Shown here in pieces: positions 1-10,716 of a stretch of DNA of 64,000 nucleotides; positions within the stretch are counted from its first letter, which is position 1; each line of letters starts with the position of its first letter. The stretch lies in assembly GCA_965197525.1 (NCBI GenBank), contig OZ240211.1, forward strand, positions 1,184,001 through 1,248,000, in the 5' to 3' direction. Source of the stretch: Nitrosopumilus sp. Lineage in GTDB: Archaea > Thermoproteota > Nitrososphaeria > Nitrososphaerales > Nitrosopumilaceae. The translations under genes and the position numbers were made by a program. Under the pieces are notes generated by a model, which was given only the letters and a program-made list of their open reading frames with translations, did not search any database and was not told where the DNA came from.

Positions 1-594
1 CAGGACGGTAATAATATGAAAGTATTCTGATGATGCCAAAGCAACAAACTTCTTTTTTGTGGTGCCGACTGAAAGCAGGTCAGCTAGTACGTCATCTGTC
101 TTTGTACGAAACGAGCCAATAGTCTTTGGCGGATCGTATGGTTCCTCTAATGGATAATAAAAATAAGATATGTGTTTTCCTACACGGAAACCTGTAACAT
201 GTTCCATATACGAGATATAGTCATTGTTCCCATCAAGTCCCGTAGGCAGACAAAAGATCACGGAACTGTTTTTTTTCATTGATGTTATGGCATCTTTGAA
301 CTTTTGAAGGATTTCAGTCTTGAGATCCTGTCCTATCTTTCTAATCCTTGGAGTAAAAAACAGATACTTTGCCTTTGATATTGCGACATCGATTGGCTCC
401 ACTGCAAGCAAGGGTTCGTCTTCTTTCAAGGCAGAGACATTAGGATAGGTTTTAGCGACTTCGGCGCTTAGCATAATTGCCGAAGGCGTCGATTCATCAA
501 CGATGTAGACGGTAGCTCCTTTCATTGCCATTTGTGACGCAATGGTATAGCCTTCTGTACTGAGACCAAAAATAACAACTTTTGTGCTTGCCAT
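1..594 (-). CDS. Partial conserved hypothetical protein with a degenerate Rossmann-like (NDP-sugar dehydrogenase-like) N-terminus; runs off the window edge
   Basis: Manual translation from ATG at 594: MASTKVVIFGLSTEGYTIASQMAMKGATVYIVDES..., open to position 1; not in the ORF track because it has no stop in the window. Confidence 0.6.
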   Translation of the reverse strand, partial: MASTKVVIFGLSTEGYTIASQMAMKGATVYIVDESTPSAIMLSAEVAKTYPNVSALKEDEPLLAVEPIDVAISKAKYLFFTPRIRKIGQDLKTEILQKFKDAITSMKKNSSVIFCLPTGLDGNNDYISYMEHVTGFRVGKHISYFYYPLEEPYDPPKTIGSFRTKTDDVLADLLSVGTTKKKFVALASSEYFHIITVL

Positions 595-950
595 CACAGA
601 TAGTAAAGAATAGACTAAGAAAAACTTATTGAAGTTAGATGAATCCACGAGATTTTGGTTGTAAAGTGGTAATACTGGAAAGATCAGCATCTTGAGGAAT
701 GTTAGGATTGCGTAAAGATGCATAAAAAGACAACATATGGTATTAAGACTTGTTTTAGGTTGATTGGAAATTATTTTACCATTTATTTTTAAAAACAGTC
801 AAAAATGTTGCAGATAGTTTGACTAGAGTATTGCAATGTTGTGCACTATTCAATCTTAGGATGTTTCCAACTAGTTGTACATTGTTTAATCTTAGAGTGT
901 TTTAGATGGGTATTAACTTGGGTTGGTAAATTCTCAAAATTAAGCATTTT

Positions 951-1609
951 TTATTCTGATATTACAATTATCGTTCCTAGCATCCACGGATGCACTATAC
1001 AGAAGTATGGATATTCCCCAACTTCAGTTGTAGACCATTCGTATGTGGAACCAGGCAATAGTAAACTGGTATCAAATACTGATCCAGAATTATCGTCTGA
1101 TATTAGGCCTGACACGGATGTGTGCGCTACGTTATCGGTGTTTGAGAAAATTACTGTTCCTCCAACACCAACTGTTGCTACACTTGGGAGGAAACATCCT
1201 TCTTCAGTGTCTTCACAGCCCGACACACTAGAACCCGACGCATTCTCAATTACTATCTCATTACCTGTATTTGTTGGCGGTGAGGGGGTTGGTGTAATGG
1301 GAGTAGGGTTTAAATTATTTTCAATCTCTAATTCTAATGCCTCTATCTCTAATTTCAGTTGTTGGTTTTTTGCTTCTAATTCTTGGACTCTTGGAATTGT
1401 AGGATTTAGAACGTCATTCTCAATTAAAAATTCTAATGCATCCATAAACTCTGAATCACTTATATCTTATCTTCAGCCCAAAAGCCAGCAATGCCCTTTA
1501 CCCAGCTTGGAATTATATTTTGTTGAGCTATTGCCTGATCTATAGCATAAACTGTAAACATAGATCCTGTTATTATGATACTTAGTATTATAACAGAAAT
1601 TTGTTTCAT
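951..1609 (-). pseudogene. Secreted cupredoxin (plastocyanin/azurin-like) split by a 2-bp insertion, or a sequencing error
   Basis: ATG 1609 gives signal peptide MKQISVIILSIIITGS... then IPSWVKGIAGFWAEDKI and TAA at 1460-1462. The other frame continues SDSEFMDALEFLI into ORF 951..1445, which has type-1 Cu ligands (AHT...YFCIVHPWM). Confidence 0.75.
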
Positions 1610-1822
1610 AAGATATACTCATCAGACTATATTATAAAGAAAACGTATTTTTACACTGTTCAATATTGTGTTTTATAGACATGATACATGCCAAAATTAC
1701 GATAATGGTGCCAAAGATGGACTGCAATCTTCTTGGATGTTTATGCTCCTTGTTTGTGTATGATTGAAAAAATGCAACATTGTATGATAACTTAATATTA
1801 ATTTCATTATCTCATAGCAACA

Positions 1823-3211
1823 TTGGATGAAGATAGGCGCAAGGGAGTACTGGATTTAGAGTTCTCAGAATGGGTAAAAAAGATCAAAAACAACAGTCTC
1901 AACGTTGCAGTGATAGGATTGGGCAGAATCGGACTGCCTACTGCCGTTACTATTGCACAAGCTGGCCTGCCAACTGTCGGGGCAGACATTAATGCCGAGA
2001 TTGTAAAATCGGTAAATAGCGGTAAACTGGTAGTAAATGACGAACCGGGATTAAAGGATGCATTATACAAAGTAGTCAAAAGCCAAAAACTTACAGCCAG
2101 TACAGAAATTGCCGTTGCAGTCAGAGACGCAGATGTAATAGTGGTCTGTTTGCCTACACCACTTGAGGCGGATTCTAAAAAAACCAACTATCAGTTTCTG
2201 CTTGACGGGTGCGCAGAGATTGCAAAACATATGGGGAGACAGTCATTAATCATCATAGAGAGTACGGTAGGACCAAACATAGTTGAGGACAAGGTCATAC
2301 CGATACTAGAAAAACACAGTAGCCTGACACCAAAAAAAGACTTTGGGGTTGTAGCCTGCCCTGAGCGTGCAAATCCGTCAACAATCATGACTGATTTTAG
2401 CAATATTCCCCGAATTGTAGGCGGCATAAATCAGAAATGTACCGATTTTGTGGTATACTTGTACGAATTTATCTTTAATACCAGCGTCATACCCGTCAGT
2501 GACTGCAAGACTGCAAATGCAGTCAAAGTGGTTGAAAACGTATTCCGTGACGTAAATGTTGCGTTCATAAACGAAATGGCAATTTTTTGTGACAGAATAG
2601 GAATAGATGTAAACGAGTTAATCAAGGGGTGTGATACAAAGTATAACTTTATTCCACATTTCCCAGGACCCGGCGTTGGTGGACCGTGTCTACCGGTAAA
2701 CCCTTACCAGTTGTTGGATGCGCCAGAAGCAGAAGATATTCTGCAATTGGTTAGAACTGCAAGAGAGGTAAATACACAGATGCCGTCCTATGTCATAGGC
2801 ATACTGACAGACTCTCTCAAAGAGATAGACAAAAATCACGCAGACGTTACAGTCGGAATATTAGGGATAGCATACAAACCAAATGTTGCAGATGTACAGC
2901 TAACGCCAATCAGAGAGATAGTCAATGGGTTGCAGGATATGAATGTAAAGAGCATAAAGATATTTGATCCATTTTTCATCAACGAAGAGTTCTCCGGAAT
3001 AAAGACAGAAGAGAGTTTAGAGATGCTTGCAAGGGACTGTGACGTATTGATACTGGGAACAGATCACGACGAATTCCTAAAACTAGACTACAAAAAGATA
3101 AAGGGACTGATGAGACAGCAGGGCATCATAATTGATACGAGGGGAAAGCTGTCACACTCTGATATTAGGGATGCAGGGTTGATATTTCATGGAATAGGGC
3201 GGCATGGGTAG
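1823..3211 (+). CDS. Nucleotide-sugar dehydrogenase (UDP-ManNAc/UDP-GlcNAc dehydrogenase, WecC/WbpA-like)
   Basis: GLGRIG Rossmann motif, CPER, catalytic GGPCLP, GIAYKPNVAD. Confidence 0.9.
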   Translation: MDEDRRKGVLDLEFSEWVKKIKNNSLNVAVIGLGRIGLPTAVTIAQAGLPTVGADINAEIVKSVNSGKLVVNDEPGLKDALYKVVKSQKLTASTEIAVAVRDADVIVVCLPTPLEADSKKTNYQFLLDGCAEIAKHMGRQSLIIIESTVGPNIVEDKVIPILEKHSSLTPKKDFGVVACPERANPSTIMTDFSNIPRIVGGINQKCTDFVVYLYEFIFNTSVIPVSDCKTANAVKVVENVFRDVNVAFINEMAIFCDRIGIDVNELIKGCDTKYNFIPHFPGPGVGGPCLPVNPYQLLDAPEAEDILQLVRTAREVNTQMPSYVIGILTDSLKEIDKNHADVTVGILGIAYKPNVADVQLTPIREIVNGLQDMNVKSIKIFDPFFINEEFSGIKTEESLEMLARDCDVLILGTDHDEFLKLDYKKIKGLMRQQGIIIDTRGKLSHSDIRDAGLIFHGIGRHG

Positions 3212-3244
3212 TAGTAGTAGCAGCAGCAGTAACAACATAACCAG

Positions 3245-4006
3245 CTAAAAGTTTAGCTTACCGTACAGTTTTAAGGCGATTGCAAAAAATATGCCTGCAA
3301 GGCATGTCAAGGCAAGCATCTCAAAGAGAACAGTGTCTGTAACCGTACCAAATATACCAGCCCGCACGGTATCGGCAAGATATGTCAATGGATTTAGATA
3401 AAATGCAGTCCGTAAAGGTTCGGGGACGTTCTCGGCCGGATAAAATGTGGTACTAACAAAGGCAAAAAACAGAAACACGGTATTAATAATGACATTAAAC
3501 CCTTCACTTGAGCGTAATCGGAGTGAGATGATGGATGCCAGGGATCCGAACAGTATGGCACCAACTACTGCACAGAATACAATTAATGGAATGGTGAATG
3601 CAGAGAACTCTACTGATTCAAAGAATACAGGATAGCCAACAGCTGCAATCAGTACTGCACTTATCAGTCCGATAAGACCAATGGTGCAGATATTGCTAAT
3701 AATATAATGACTCTTTGTAAATGGCCCCACCAAAATTTGCTCAAACATGCCGTTTCGTTTATCATTCCACAAAATAATACCTGAGATAAGAGTACTATTC
3801 ATAATGTTAAACCCGATCATGCCTGATGCAAGAAATGCAGGATAATCCAACGACTTGCCATCAAATGGTATCTGGCTAATCAGGGGCGCATACGCAAACC
3901 CTGCAACAAAGATGTATATCAGAGGAAATATCACCTGCCAGATTAAAAATCCCGGATGCAGGGAGATTGTGAGGTTTCGGTTTACTAGCCTAATTATCGG
4001 GTGCAT
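3245..4006 (-). CDS. ABC-2 type transporter permease
   Basis: Six hydrophobic segments, FYP...LPxxL...NPLTY motif, coupled to the upstream ATPase. Confidence 0.9.
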   Translation of the reverse strand: MHPIIRLVNRNLTISLHPGFLIWQVIFPLIYIFVAGFAYAPLISQIPFDGKSLDYPAFLASGMIGFNIMNSTLISGIILWNDKRNGMFEQILVGPFTKSHYIISNICTIGLIGLISAVLIAAVGYPVFFESVEFSAFTIPLIVFCAVVGAILFGSLASIISLRLRSSEGFNVIINTVFLFFAFVSTTFYPAENVPEPLRTAFYLNPLTYLADTVRAGIFGTVTDTVLFEMLALTCLAGIFFAIALKLYGKLNF

Positions 4007-5051
4007 CGTCTTCTTTATCCATCATTTTTAAAAAGATGTCTTCTAGGTTTATGGGAACGGCAGATATGTCCTGAATTGGTATTGCGTTATCATGTAGGAT
4101 CTTTAGTACTTGGGATAGTATCAACTCTGATTGCTCAGAGTTAATCACAATGTTGATGCCAGGCACGGTCTCTTTTGGGGCTTGGCCGTTGGTTTGGGCA
4201 GTAGATACATTAGCAGTATCTCTATTACCGTTACCAGCTACTACTGCTGCAGCGGCCTCAACAGCGTTATCAACTGTACACTCGGGTATATCATGCAACA
4301 GGGAAGCAACAAAAGATTGTTGTTGGGACACGCGAATCTTGATGGTCTTTGTCTGACCAAATCTGGTTTTTAATGCATTAGGAGAATCGACTGCCAGTAT
4401 TTTGCCGTTGAGAATAATTGCAACCTCGTCGCACAGATATTCTGCCTCAGATAAAATGTGTGTAGTATAAAAAACCGTCAGTCCCGCCTTTACCTTTTTT
4501 TTGATATAGTCAAGCAGCTTTCGCCTTGCATTAGGATCCAGTCCGGCTGTTGGCTCATCTAAGAACAGCAACTCCATATCATGCATAAACTCACGCGCAA
4601 CTTGAACGCGCCTTCGCTGACCAATGGACAGATCCTCGTTTTTCTTCTTGCGGATATCAGCCAGATCAAAATCCTTCAAGAGCTGCTCTATTCTTTTTTT
4701 GCGTTCAGATTTTGGCACATTCCACATCATTCCGTACTTGTCAAGTGCACGCTCAACTGAAAGGGTAGGTTCGTAACTTGGCTGCTGTAAAACAACCCCG
4801 ATCCTGTGACGAATTGATAACGGATCACTATACACATCGACACCCAAAACAGTCAGCGAGCCGTTTGTAGGTTTGATCAGGGTAGTGAATAATTTGATGG
4901 CAGTTGATTTTCCAGCGCCGTTTGGTCCTAAAAATCCAAATACCTGTCCTGTCTTTATGGATAATTTGATATCATCTACTGCACGTAGCGAGCCGTATGA
5001 CTTTGTCAGGCAATCTGCCTCAATACACGTTGTAGATGGTGATGATGACAC
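3990..5051 (-). CDS. ABC transporter ATP-binding protein (DrrA-like) with a low-complexity insert
   Basis: Walker A GPNGAGKS, signature LSIGQ, Walker B LFLDEPT, H-loop TTH. Confidence 0.93.
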   Translation of the reverse strand: MSSSPSTTCIEADCLTKSYGSLRAVDDIKLSIKTGQVFGFLGPNGAGKSTAIKLFTTLIKPTNGSLTVLGVDVYSDPLSIRHRIGVVLQQPSYEPTLSVERALDKYGMMWNVPKSERKKRIEQLLKDFDLADIRKKKNEDLSIGQRRRVQVAREFMHDMELLFLDEPTAGLDPNARRKLLDYIKKKVKAGLTVFYTTHILSEAEYLCDEVAIILNGKILAVDSPNALKTRFGQTKTIKIRVSQQQSFVASLLHDIPECTVDNAVEAAAAVVAGNGNRDTANVSTAQTNGQAPKETVPGINIVINSEQSELILSQVLKILHDNAIPIQDISAVPINLEDIFLKMMDKEDDAPDN

Positions 5052-5144
5052 ACAGATGATTCGTTGTGCCTATTAATTTAGTTAGTGAGCTAGGTACAAA
5101 AAAATGCCTACAATACAAATCCCAGATGCCTAACAGTGAAATTG

Positions 5145-5152
5145 TTATAAAT
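5145..5152 (+). promoter_or_regulatory. Candidate archaeal TATA box for RPA
   Basis: TTATAAAT 24-31 nt upstream of ATG 5176, the spacing expected for a leaderless transcript. Confidence 0.45.
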
Positions 5153-5175
5153 AGAGCGATGTCAAATAATTATGA

Positions 5176-6591
5176 ATGTCAGAATCAGACGATCTCCTCA
5201 ACAAGCTGCTAGAGCAGAGGCCAGAGTTGACAAAAGCAGAGGTAGAAGAGAAGATTCAGCAAAAAAAGGACAAGATTGGTGCAGGGTACCTAACTGACCA
5301 AGGAGCAATATTTCTAATTGCAGCAGACTATGGCATCTCGTTGACTGAGACCAAAAAGACAGAACTGAGTCTGAAGGATCTGTACGCAGGAGCAAAGGAC
5401 ATACAGCTAATGGCAAGAGTCCTAAGTGTTACGCCGACAAAAAACCTGACAAGAAAAGACGGCTCTCCCCTTTATTTGAGAATAATTACCATTTATGATG
5501 CAGACGCCACAGCAGACGTAAAGATATGGGACGATAATGCAAATCTGCCAGTCTTTGATACCTTGAAACCAGGCGATCTCGTCAAGATAGAAAAAGCATA
5601 TGTAAAATCAGAATTTGACGGTGCACTGGCAATACACATGGGTACAGGCGCAAACATAGAGGCAACCGAGAATGATGCAGGTAATAACATACCAGGCATT
5701 GATAGTGTAACCAAGGATGTCAGTGAACTGACAAAGGATGACAGGGATATTGTAGTAACTGGCATCAACGATGGTTTGATTGCAGAGATGCAGTTTACAA
5801 GCAGTAAAGGCAGACCTGGTAAAGCACTAAAGATGAGACTAAAGGGCAAAGACGGTACCACGTCACTGCGTGTGGTGTTGTGGGGCCAAGACGAGTCATC
5901 AATCCCAAATATAGTTTCAAGTACCGCCAAAGTAAAACTGATAGGCGTGAAAGTGAAGAGTACGGAGACTGGAATGGAGATTCATGGGAACGAAGGCACG
6001 GTAATTGAGATTGAAGGAAGCAAGGATGCGGAACCTGTAATAACTAGGATCCTAGCAAAAATTGATACTGCTAGTGACAAGAATTTCATACTAGCAGTGG
6101 ACAAGGACAAAAAGATATTCAACATTACAGACACAGCAAATGTTACTAATGGTATGTGTGTAGAAGGCGACATTATAGAGTGCATGCCAACAAAGATTTA
6201 TGGAAATTCAATGACGTTGGATGGAAACTCTTTTGTAAGAAAGCTAGACGGTGATGAGGCAAACGCACTCCCAACAATTGCCGAGCTACGAACAAAGATC
6301 AACGACATTAGCGCAGATATAACATGCTGTTTGGAGGGAATCATACTAAAGATATCAGATAGGCGTGAGATACAGACAAAGAGCGGAGAGACAGTTGCGC
6401 TATCTGAGATGTTCATCGAGGATGATACGGGACAGATATGGGTAAAAGGCTGGAGAGACAAGGCAATAGAGATTGACCAGTGCCAGTTAGGTGAAATCGT
6501 ATCAATTGTAGGAATAAGCGCAAGGCCGGGATACGAAGGAAAGTTAGAATTAACACTAAATGCGTTCTCTAGAATTATAAAAAAGAGTTAG
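5176..6591 (+). CDS. rpa: Replication protein A / multi-OB-fold ssDNA-binding protein
   Basis: N-terminal KKDKIGAGYLTDQGAIFLIA helical domain; OB folds with DATADVKIWD and EDDTGQIWVKGW. Confidence 0.85.
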   Translation: MSESDDLLNKLLEQRPELTKAEVEEKIQQKKDKIGAGYLTDQGAIFLIAADYGISLTETKKTELSLKDLYAGAKDIQLMARVLSVTPTKNLTRKDGSPLYLRIITIYDADATADVKIWDDNANLPVFDTLKPGDLVKIEKAYVKSEFDGALAIHMGTGANIEATENDAGNNIPGIDSVTKDVSELTKDDRDIVVTGINDGLIAEMQFTSSKGRPGKALKMRLKGKDGTTSLRVVLWGQDESSIPNIVSSTAKVKLIGVKVKSTETGMEIHGNEGTVIEIEGSKDAEPVITRILAKIDTASDKNFILAVDKDKKIFNITDTANVTNGMCVEGDIIECMPTKIYGNSMTLDGNSFVRKLDGDEANALPTIAELRTKINDISADITCCLEGIILKISDRREIQTKSGETVALSEMFIEDDTGQIWVKGWRDKAIEIDQCQLGEIVSIVGISARPGYEGKLELTLNAFSRIIKKS

Positions 6592-6771
6592 GAATAAGCG
6601 TACAATATGTACGGACTCAAGATACGCAAAATGTAAGTGTTCATTTTTCACCTTCTTGTATAACTGCAACCGGTCTGCATGTCCATAAGACGGATCAAGA
6701 AGAGACGTGAACATTTGTCACAGAATAATATAACCTTAAGAGATAAAACCTACCGATAATGATGCAAGCTA

Positions 6772-7632
6772 ATGAAACGCGCCAAAAAGAAGGATATTCG
6801 TGAGGAGATGATCAAGAATATACTAGATGGTCTTGCAGTAAAGGAATTGGGGGACTTTGTGATCTCAGAGATAAGGAAAGATGAATCCATGTGTGGGAGA
6901 TTTCTATCACGATTTGGCGGAGTTGCAGGGTTGTCCATACGTAACTTTCGTAGGGAGATAAATGATGCATATCTTGACGTAGCGCCGGGATTTAACTTGG
7001 AACCTGATGAATTTATCGAGGATGCAAAAGAAATTGAGAATGCAGGAAAACCAGCAGAGGCCATCAAGGCGTTTCGTGGAATTGCAGATGGTATAGCAGA
7101 TAATGGTGACAGGTTAGATGAATCTGAGGCTTTTGACGTGGTGTATTTTAAGGAGGCCATACAGGGTATGGCCCGTTGCATAAATCAACAAAATATGACA
7201 CATCAAAAAAAACGCAAGTACATATTGTATCTGTTTGAGAAGATTAGAGACGAGTGCTATTATTATTGGGAGGGTGCGTGTATTCCCGCCCTCGAAGAGA
7301 TATGTACCTATATAAAAGATCTCAGATATTGGCTGGAGCTTTTAGAGTCGGCTACTTTGGATTATAAGAATAGAAAAGAATTTTATGAAGATTCTGACGT
7401 TGTACATATGATAGCACGCATGCAAACTTTTGTGCGCAAAAAGATTGGCAAAGAACCGTTAGAGGATATTTATCAGACCTATTACCTCATGAACCGTGAT
7501 GTATGTGTTGAATACGTCTCGTTTCTGGCAGAGTCAAATCCTGACAAAGCAAAACAGGTAGCCAGGGAGGGTTGTGATCTATTCTCTAGGATGGATAGTA
7601 ATAGTGTTATCTTCAAAGCTCTAAAGAGTTGA
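6772..7632 (+). CDS. Hypothetical helical protein
   Basis: 286-aa ORF with coding-like composition; no recognisable catalytic motif. Confidence 0.6.
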   Translation: MKRAKKKDIREEMIKNILDGLAVKELGDFVISEIRKDESMCGRFLSRFGGVAGLSIRNFRREINDAYLDVAPGFNLEPDEFIEDAKEIENAGKPAEAIKAFRGIADGIADNGDRLDESEAFDVVYFKEAIQGMARCINQQNMTHQKKRKYILYLFEKIRDECYYYWEGACIPALEEICTYIKDLRYWLELLESATLDYKNRKEFYEDSDVVHMIARMQTFVRKKIGKEPLEDIYQTYYLMNRDVCVEYVSFLAESNPDKAKQVAREGCDLFSRMDSNSVIFKALKS

Positions 7633-7759
7633 TTTTTGAATCTATTTGATTGCACGTAACGTTCATGTCCTTTGTTGATTCTTACTTCAAAAACGTATGA
7701 TTGGAAATGATTAGGCATTATTGCAGGTGGACTCGAATAGCTACAAATAAAATTATCAG

Positions 7760-10660
7760 CTATGAATCCCAAAAGCCGCGAGTAACGACATACTGGCGTT
7801 CTGCCTCGTAAATTTGTTTAAAGATGTGATCGTCTTCGCCGTCTACCATATTTCGCAAGATTCTAGCAGCAGTGTCGGCGCCAACACCGTATCCCGACAT
7901 TACGGTAACTGCAATCTTGCCAAAATTTTCAATCAGGGAGGCCACCTTCCATGCACGTTCGTATTTGTGGTACTCGTCTTTTGTTAGTTTTTTATCCGCA
8001 TGCTGTTTTCTAATTATCTTGGGCAGGTCCAAGTCAGATGGATACGTCGCAGTTATCTGTCTGCATTTACAGTAGGGGCAGAACAGTCTGTCTGGGACAT
8101 CAGATGTCTGGGTTAGCCGCTCCCACCGTCCACAACGGGCACATACCAAACGATGTTTTGTTTTGCCTAACCGTGTCTTTACCAGATCAATTATTCCTTT
8201 GTCAAGATTTGCAGGCGATGAATAATATCTGGCGGTGTGATCAAGTATTGGCTCTGCGAGCTTTGAGAATTTATCGACTTCCTGCCATGTAATGCTGATG
8301 ACACCATCCCTTATCTTTTGTAAGACATCACTGCATGCACTCAGATCATACTTGTCATGAAATAACTCGCGTAGTGCTTCTGAGACCAATACGGTTTTGG
8401 AGTATCGCTCGTAGAGAAATCTGGCAGTCTTTCTCTCGTATACAGCACCACGACCTACGATGCCAAACTTTTTTGCAACGCACCATGTTCTCCAGTTTAC
8501 GTTGTGGGTTCCACTCAGTGATGCAGATACTATGGATGGTACGTCATACTCGTCCTTTATGACCTCAAAGAACAGTTTTTGGGATATTCGAGAGCTTGAT
8601 GATAAGACTATTCTATAGCCATCAGAACGCGAATCGACTACATGGCCTAGTATCGAGGATAGCATAGATGAGAGGATTGCAGCAAGAGTGGTATTGACTT
8701 TGGTACCAAGACACGCATGAATGACGATTGAGCCTTGGGCGCGACATGATTCGACTAGGATGCTATCAGCGTCAAGAATCAAGCTGTTGCAAGTATTGGT
8801 GTCAGCAGTAGCAGCATCATTGGTGGCAACATCAGTGTTGTTAGTAGCTGCTACAGTAGTAGCAGCAGCAGCAACTGTAGTATCAACATTATTGGCAGTA
8901 TCATCGTCGCCATCATTATCGACAACAACAGCAACAGTATCACCAAAATCCAGACTCTCAATGACGTCATTGGCTAGTTTGAGCTCGCCGTCCATTACCT
9001 TGCTACGGTATCTACCCACCTGTCTTGCAGTCTTGTAGTCAATCGGAATGTTCTCACCTTCCCAATATGGAACTGTGATACCGCCGCCACGGAACGGTTC
9101 TACGTTTACAGTAAACGATTTTTCATCAACATTGAGTATCCTCCATTGGGACCCTTTCAAGACAAAGATGTTGCCAGAGTCGCCAAAGTCGCCTACAAAC
9201 CTTTGATCCAAAGAACCAATGATGCGCTTGCCTACACTATCGAACACCTTGAACTTTAGGATGTCAGGAATCGTTGAAAGGTTCTCAAAGTAGTACTTGA
9301 ATGCCCGTCCCTTTTTGTAGAAAGTCATCTTTGTCTTATCAAAGAATACGAGATAGTTTGCATCAAGTAAATCTAGCACGTCAACGAATGCAGAGAACTG
9401 CAAATTTCTAAAAGGATATGCCTGTACTACCAGCTCATATGCATCAGTGGCACCAAGTTCTCTTCCTACCTGCATTGATAATCCTACCAGATGGTGTGCT
9501 AACACATCAAGTGAGTTGTCATGGATTAGCTGCTCTTCCATGGAGCCGTCACGGATACGACTGAGTATTGCCTGTGCCTCAAACTCATCGTCTGCGTTAT
9601 TTGTGACTATTAGACCGCGTGCAGACGAATCACGATTATGCTTGCTACGACCTATCCTTTGGACAAACTTTGAGACTTGTCTTGGAGAGCCATAATGAAC
9701 GACTAGTTCGACTGAATCAATATCTAATCCCAACTCCAAGGACGATGTGCATACTACAATACTGCATACGCCATTACGTAGTACCTGTTCGGTCTCTTCT
9801 CTGACTTCTTTTGAGAGCGAGCCGTGGTGTAACAGCACTGAGATACGCGACATATCCTTGAGAATGGATGCTAGGAACTCTGCCTCCCCGCGTGTATTGG
9901 TAAACAGGAGGATGGGAGAGGTTAGCTTTGATGCGTCGATATACCGTATAATTTTTTGAGCGACATCAGAGATTGTACCATCAACGTATATGATCTCTAC
10001 ATCGTACTGTCTCACAGTAGTGTCCCTTATCACCTTGCATTGTCGCTTGGAGCCTACAACAAACTTGCCTGCAGTTAATGGATTCCCAACTGTTGCTGAT
10101 AGCCCTATGCGGCTCAGCGGAAACACAGAGTTTAGCTGTAAGCGCTCTAGGCACAACGTCAGCTGGGAACCACGCTCACTTGATAGCAGTTCGTGTACCT
10201 CATCGACTACTACCCATTGTAATGCAGACAGTGCTGCAAGCATCTTTGGTTGGGTCAACAAGATAACCAAGGTTTCAGGAGTGGTTATCAGGATGTCAGG
10301 AGGATGTTCTCTTATTTGCCGTCTGTCTTTTTGCGTAGTATCCCCATGACGAATAGCTATAGCAAGCGAATCAGCATGCGCGTATTTTGTTATCCTTCTG
10401 AACACGTCACGATTCAATGCCCTCAACGGAGTGACATACAACATGATGGTTTTGCCAGGCTTTTTTGATTTTTTTAGTAACGAGAATATTGGAATAACTG
10501 CACATTCAGTCTTTCCTGAACCGGTTGGCGCAATAACCAAGCAGTCTTTTTTTTGCAAGATGGTAGGAGACGCCTTTCTCTGAATCTCAGTCAGTTCTGA
10601 GAATCCAAATCTTTGGAATAGCATCTTGAGGAAAGTAGATGCGCCCGGGTTATCGGTCAT
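7760..10660 (-). CDS. Lhr-like DEAD/DEAH-box ATP-dependent helicase with C-terminal Zn ribbon and a low-complexity insert
   Basis: APTGSGKT, PLRALNRD, DEVHE, LSATV, HHGSLS, QRIGRSKH; CARC...CPYC. Confidence 0.92.
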   Translation of the reverse strand: MTDNPGASTFLKMLFQRFGFSELTEIQRKASPTILQKKDCLVIAPTGSGKTECAVIPIFSLLKKSKKPGKTIMLYVTPLRALNRDVFRRITKYAHADSLAIAIRHGDTTQKDRRQIREHPPDILITTPETLVILLTQPKMLAALSALQWVVVDEVHELLSSERGSQLTLCLERLQLNSVFPLSRIGLSATVGNPLTAGKFVVGSKRQCKVIRDTTVRQYDVEIIYVDGTISDVAQKIIRYIDASKLTSPILLFTNTRGEAEFLASILKDMSRISVLLHHGSLSKEVREETEQVLRNGVCSIVVCTSSLELGLDIDSVELVVHYGSPRQVSKFVQRIGRSKHNRDSSARGLIVTNNADDEFEAQAILSRIRDGSMEEQLIHDNSLDVLAHHLVGLSMQVGRELGATDAYELVVQAYPFRNLQFSAFVDVLDLLDANYLVFFDKTKMTFYKKGRAFKYYFENLSTIPDILKFKVFDSVGKRIIGSLDQRFVGDFGDSGNIFVLKGSQWRILNVDEKSFTVNVEPFRGGGITVPYWEGENIPIDYKTARQVGRYRSKVMDGELKLANDVIESLDFGDTVAVVVDNDGDDDTANNVDTTVAAAATTVAATNNTDVATNDAATADTNTCNSLILDADSILVESCRAQGSIVIHACLGTKVNTTLAAILSSMLSSILGHVVDSRSDGYRIVLSSSSRISQKLFFEVIKDEYDVPSIVSASLSGTHNVNWRTWCVAKKFGIVGRGAVYERKTARFLYERYSKTVLVSEALRELFHDKYDLSACSDVLQKIRDGVISITWQEVDKFSKLAEPILDHTARYYSSPANLDKGIIDLVKTRLGKTKHRLVCARCGRWERLTQTSDVPDRLFCPYCKCRQITATYPSDLDLPKIIRKQHADKKLTKDEYHKYERAWKVASLIENFGKIAVTVMSGYGVGADTAARILRNMVDGEDDHIFKQIYEAERQYVVTRGFWDS

Positions 10661-10716
10661 GATATATCAAATAACTCTGAACAATTAATGTTTTAGATTG
10701 TCACACAGAATGATGG

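Noticed and set aside
6608-6690. Possible second MITE copy (TGTACGGACTCAAG ... GTCCATAAG)
   Set aside because: Left end resembles the MITE TIR, but the right end is poor, the interior is unrelated and there is no TSD; probably chance
8783-8942. Lhr insertion as an intein
   Set aside because: Too short, low complexity, no splice-junction motifs
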